Assembly: GCA_051294375.1 (NCBI GenBank)
Contig: CM119263.1
Coordinates: forward strand, 21,078,268-21,142,267
Direction: 5' to 3'
Length of the DNA: 64,000 bases
From: Paraspadella gotoi
Taxonomy: Eukaryota > Animalia > Chaetognatha
The notes beneath the pieces are model-generated. The model saw only the letters and a list, made by a program, of their open reading frames with translations. It ran no database searches and had not been told where the DNA came from. The position numbers and the translations under genes are program-made. Shown here in pieces: positions 62,998-64,000 of this stretch. How positions within the stretch are numbered: position 1 is the stretch's first letter; each line of letters starts with the position of its first letter.

Positions 62998-63532
62998 GTT
63001 AGGCTCGGCGACAACATTTTAACTTACTTTTTCTTGCCATCTAGAATTTTCTAAATTTTTTATATCGCTATTTTTTTTTTTAGTTTTTAAAAAAGAAAGA
63101 AAAACATACATATATATTTGAAAGTTCCCCAGCCTCATCAAACTCCATACAAAGTTCTCACTCGGTCCGGTTTCCCATTATTTGTTGACTTCAACTCATT
63201 TTGAAATCCTGTACTAGCAAAAAACGTTTTTGGTTAATGAGCGTCACAGTCAATAAGTAGTGATGCAAAAAAATTGTTTAAAAATGAACGAATTTCATCA
63301 AATCAAGTGTTCTTACATGCTTTAATATAAAAGTTTTACACTATTAACTGCTAGAGAACTTAGCTGGCTGATTTTCCTAAGCTTGTCATATTAGATTAAA
63401 GGAATATCTCATGATTATGGGGCGTGGTCTTAACCTGAAGTAAGGTTTTACGTCAAATTGTGTTCAAATTTTGACAAGATTTATTTTAAATACAACAATA
63501 ACAAAATTTTTAGTGCTTTTTAGAAATAAGAT

Positions 63533-63711
63533 GGGAGTGAATAAACGAGACTGTGAGAGAGTCTTGATTGAAAGCTTGCAGGGACCTGCTATGTCATTAT
63601 CTTGTAAGAGTGATGGAGGCCTTAAACCACCAAAGCCTGTCCAAAGTCAGGGGCAAGATAGCTTATTTATTAAATGAATGGATAATTTTTATATTGGTTG
63701 TACCAATTTCA
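63533..63711 (+). repeat. ~180-bp interspersed repeat module of unknown class
   Basis: GGGAGTGAATAAACGAGACTGTGAGAG...GGCCTTAAACCACCAAAGCCTG...TTGTACCAATTTCA; other copies ~16398-16548 (+), ~16810-16876, ~27603-27730, ~33385-33570, ~33700-33805 (-). Confidence 0.7.
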
Positions 63712-64000
63712 TGGCATGTATTGGGATGATATTGAACTGGAAGAAGAGTGTTACAAAATGTGTTCCCAAAATCTAATGAATTCTTCATAATAGATAACGC
63801 GATTAGTCATCCTGTCTATGTCTTAACCACTATTGATTTCCAAGCTTATTTTCGGTGAGTTAGTGATATTGGTGAGGGTTTTTGTAGATTAAATGGGATC
63901 ATCATGGCCTTTCAAAGCCGTTATTAAATTTGTAACATTCATTTGTAATGGTTTTATGCACATTTTTTGAATAAAGTGAAATTATTTATTTTGCTGACAG

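Overview
AT-rich, microsatellite-rich eukaryotic (most likely invertebrate animal) scaffold with five N gaps and indel-type noise. Most listed ORFs are spurious translations of microsatellites. Two spliced + strand genes can be rebuilt by hand from GT-AG sites and reading-frame phase. (1) An 11-exon, 607-aa alkyl/aryl-sulfatase of the SdsA1/BDS1 family at 3281-18251 (metallo-beta-lactamase fold with THFHTDH, dimerisation region, SCP2-like C-terminus, N-terminal hydrophobic segment). (2) The Gly/Ser/Pro-rich 5' part of a large unidentified gene (9 phase-compatible exons, 29480-62997) that continues past the window. The introns hold nested mobile DNA: a TRIM whose LTRs contain a tRNA-like module and which inserted into its own solo LTR; an LTR with a 41-nt tRNA-Leu-derived primer-binding site; Penelope-like elements with hammerhead ribozymes and a decayed GIY-YIG nuclease; Helentron/DINE-1-like (HINE) elements, two of which carry poly(A)-tailed insertions at the same internal site; an L1/Tx1-like LINE fragment; a TA-flanked MITE; and a ~4.9-kb palindrome. 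All calls come from manual reading; no database searches were run.
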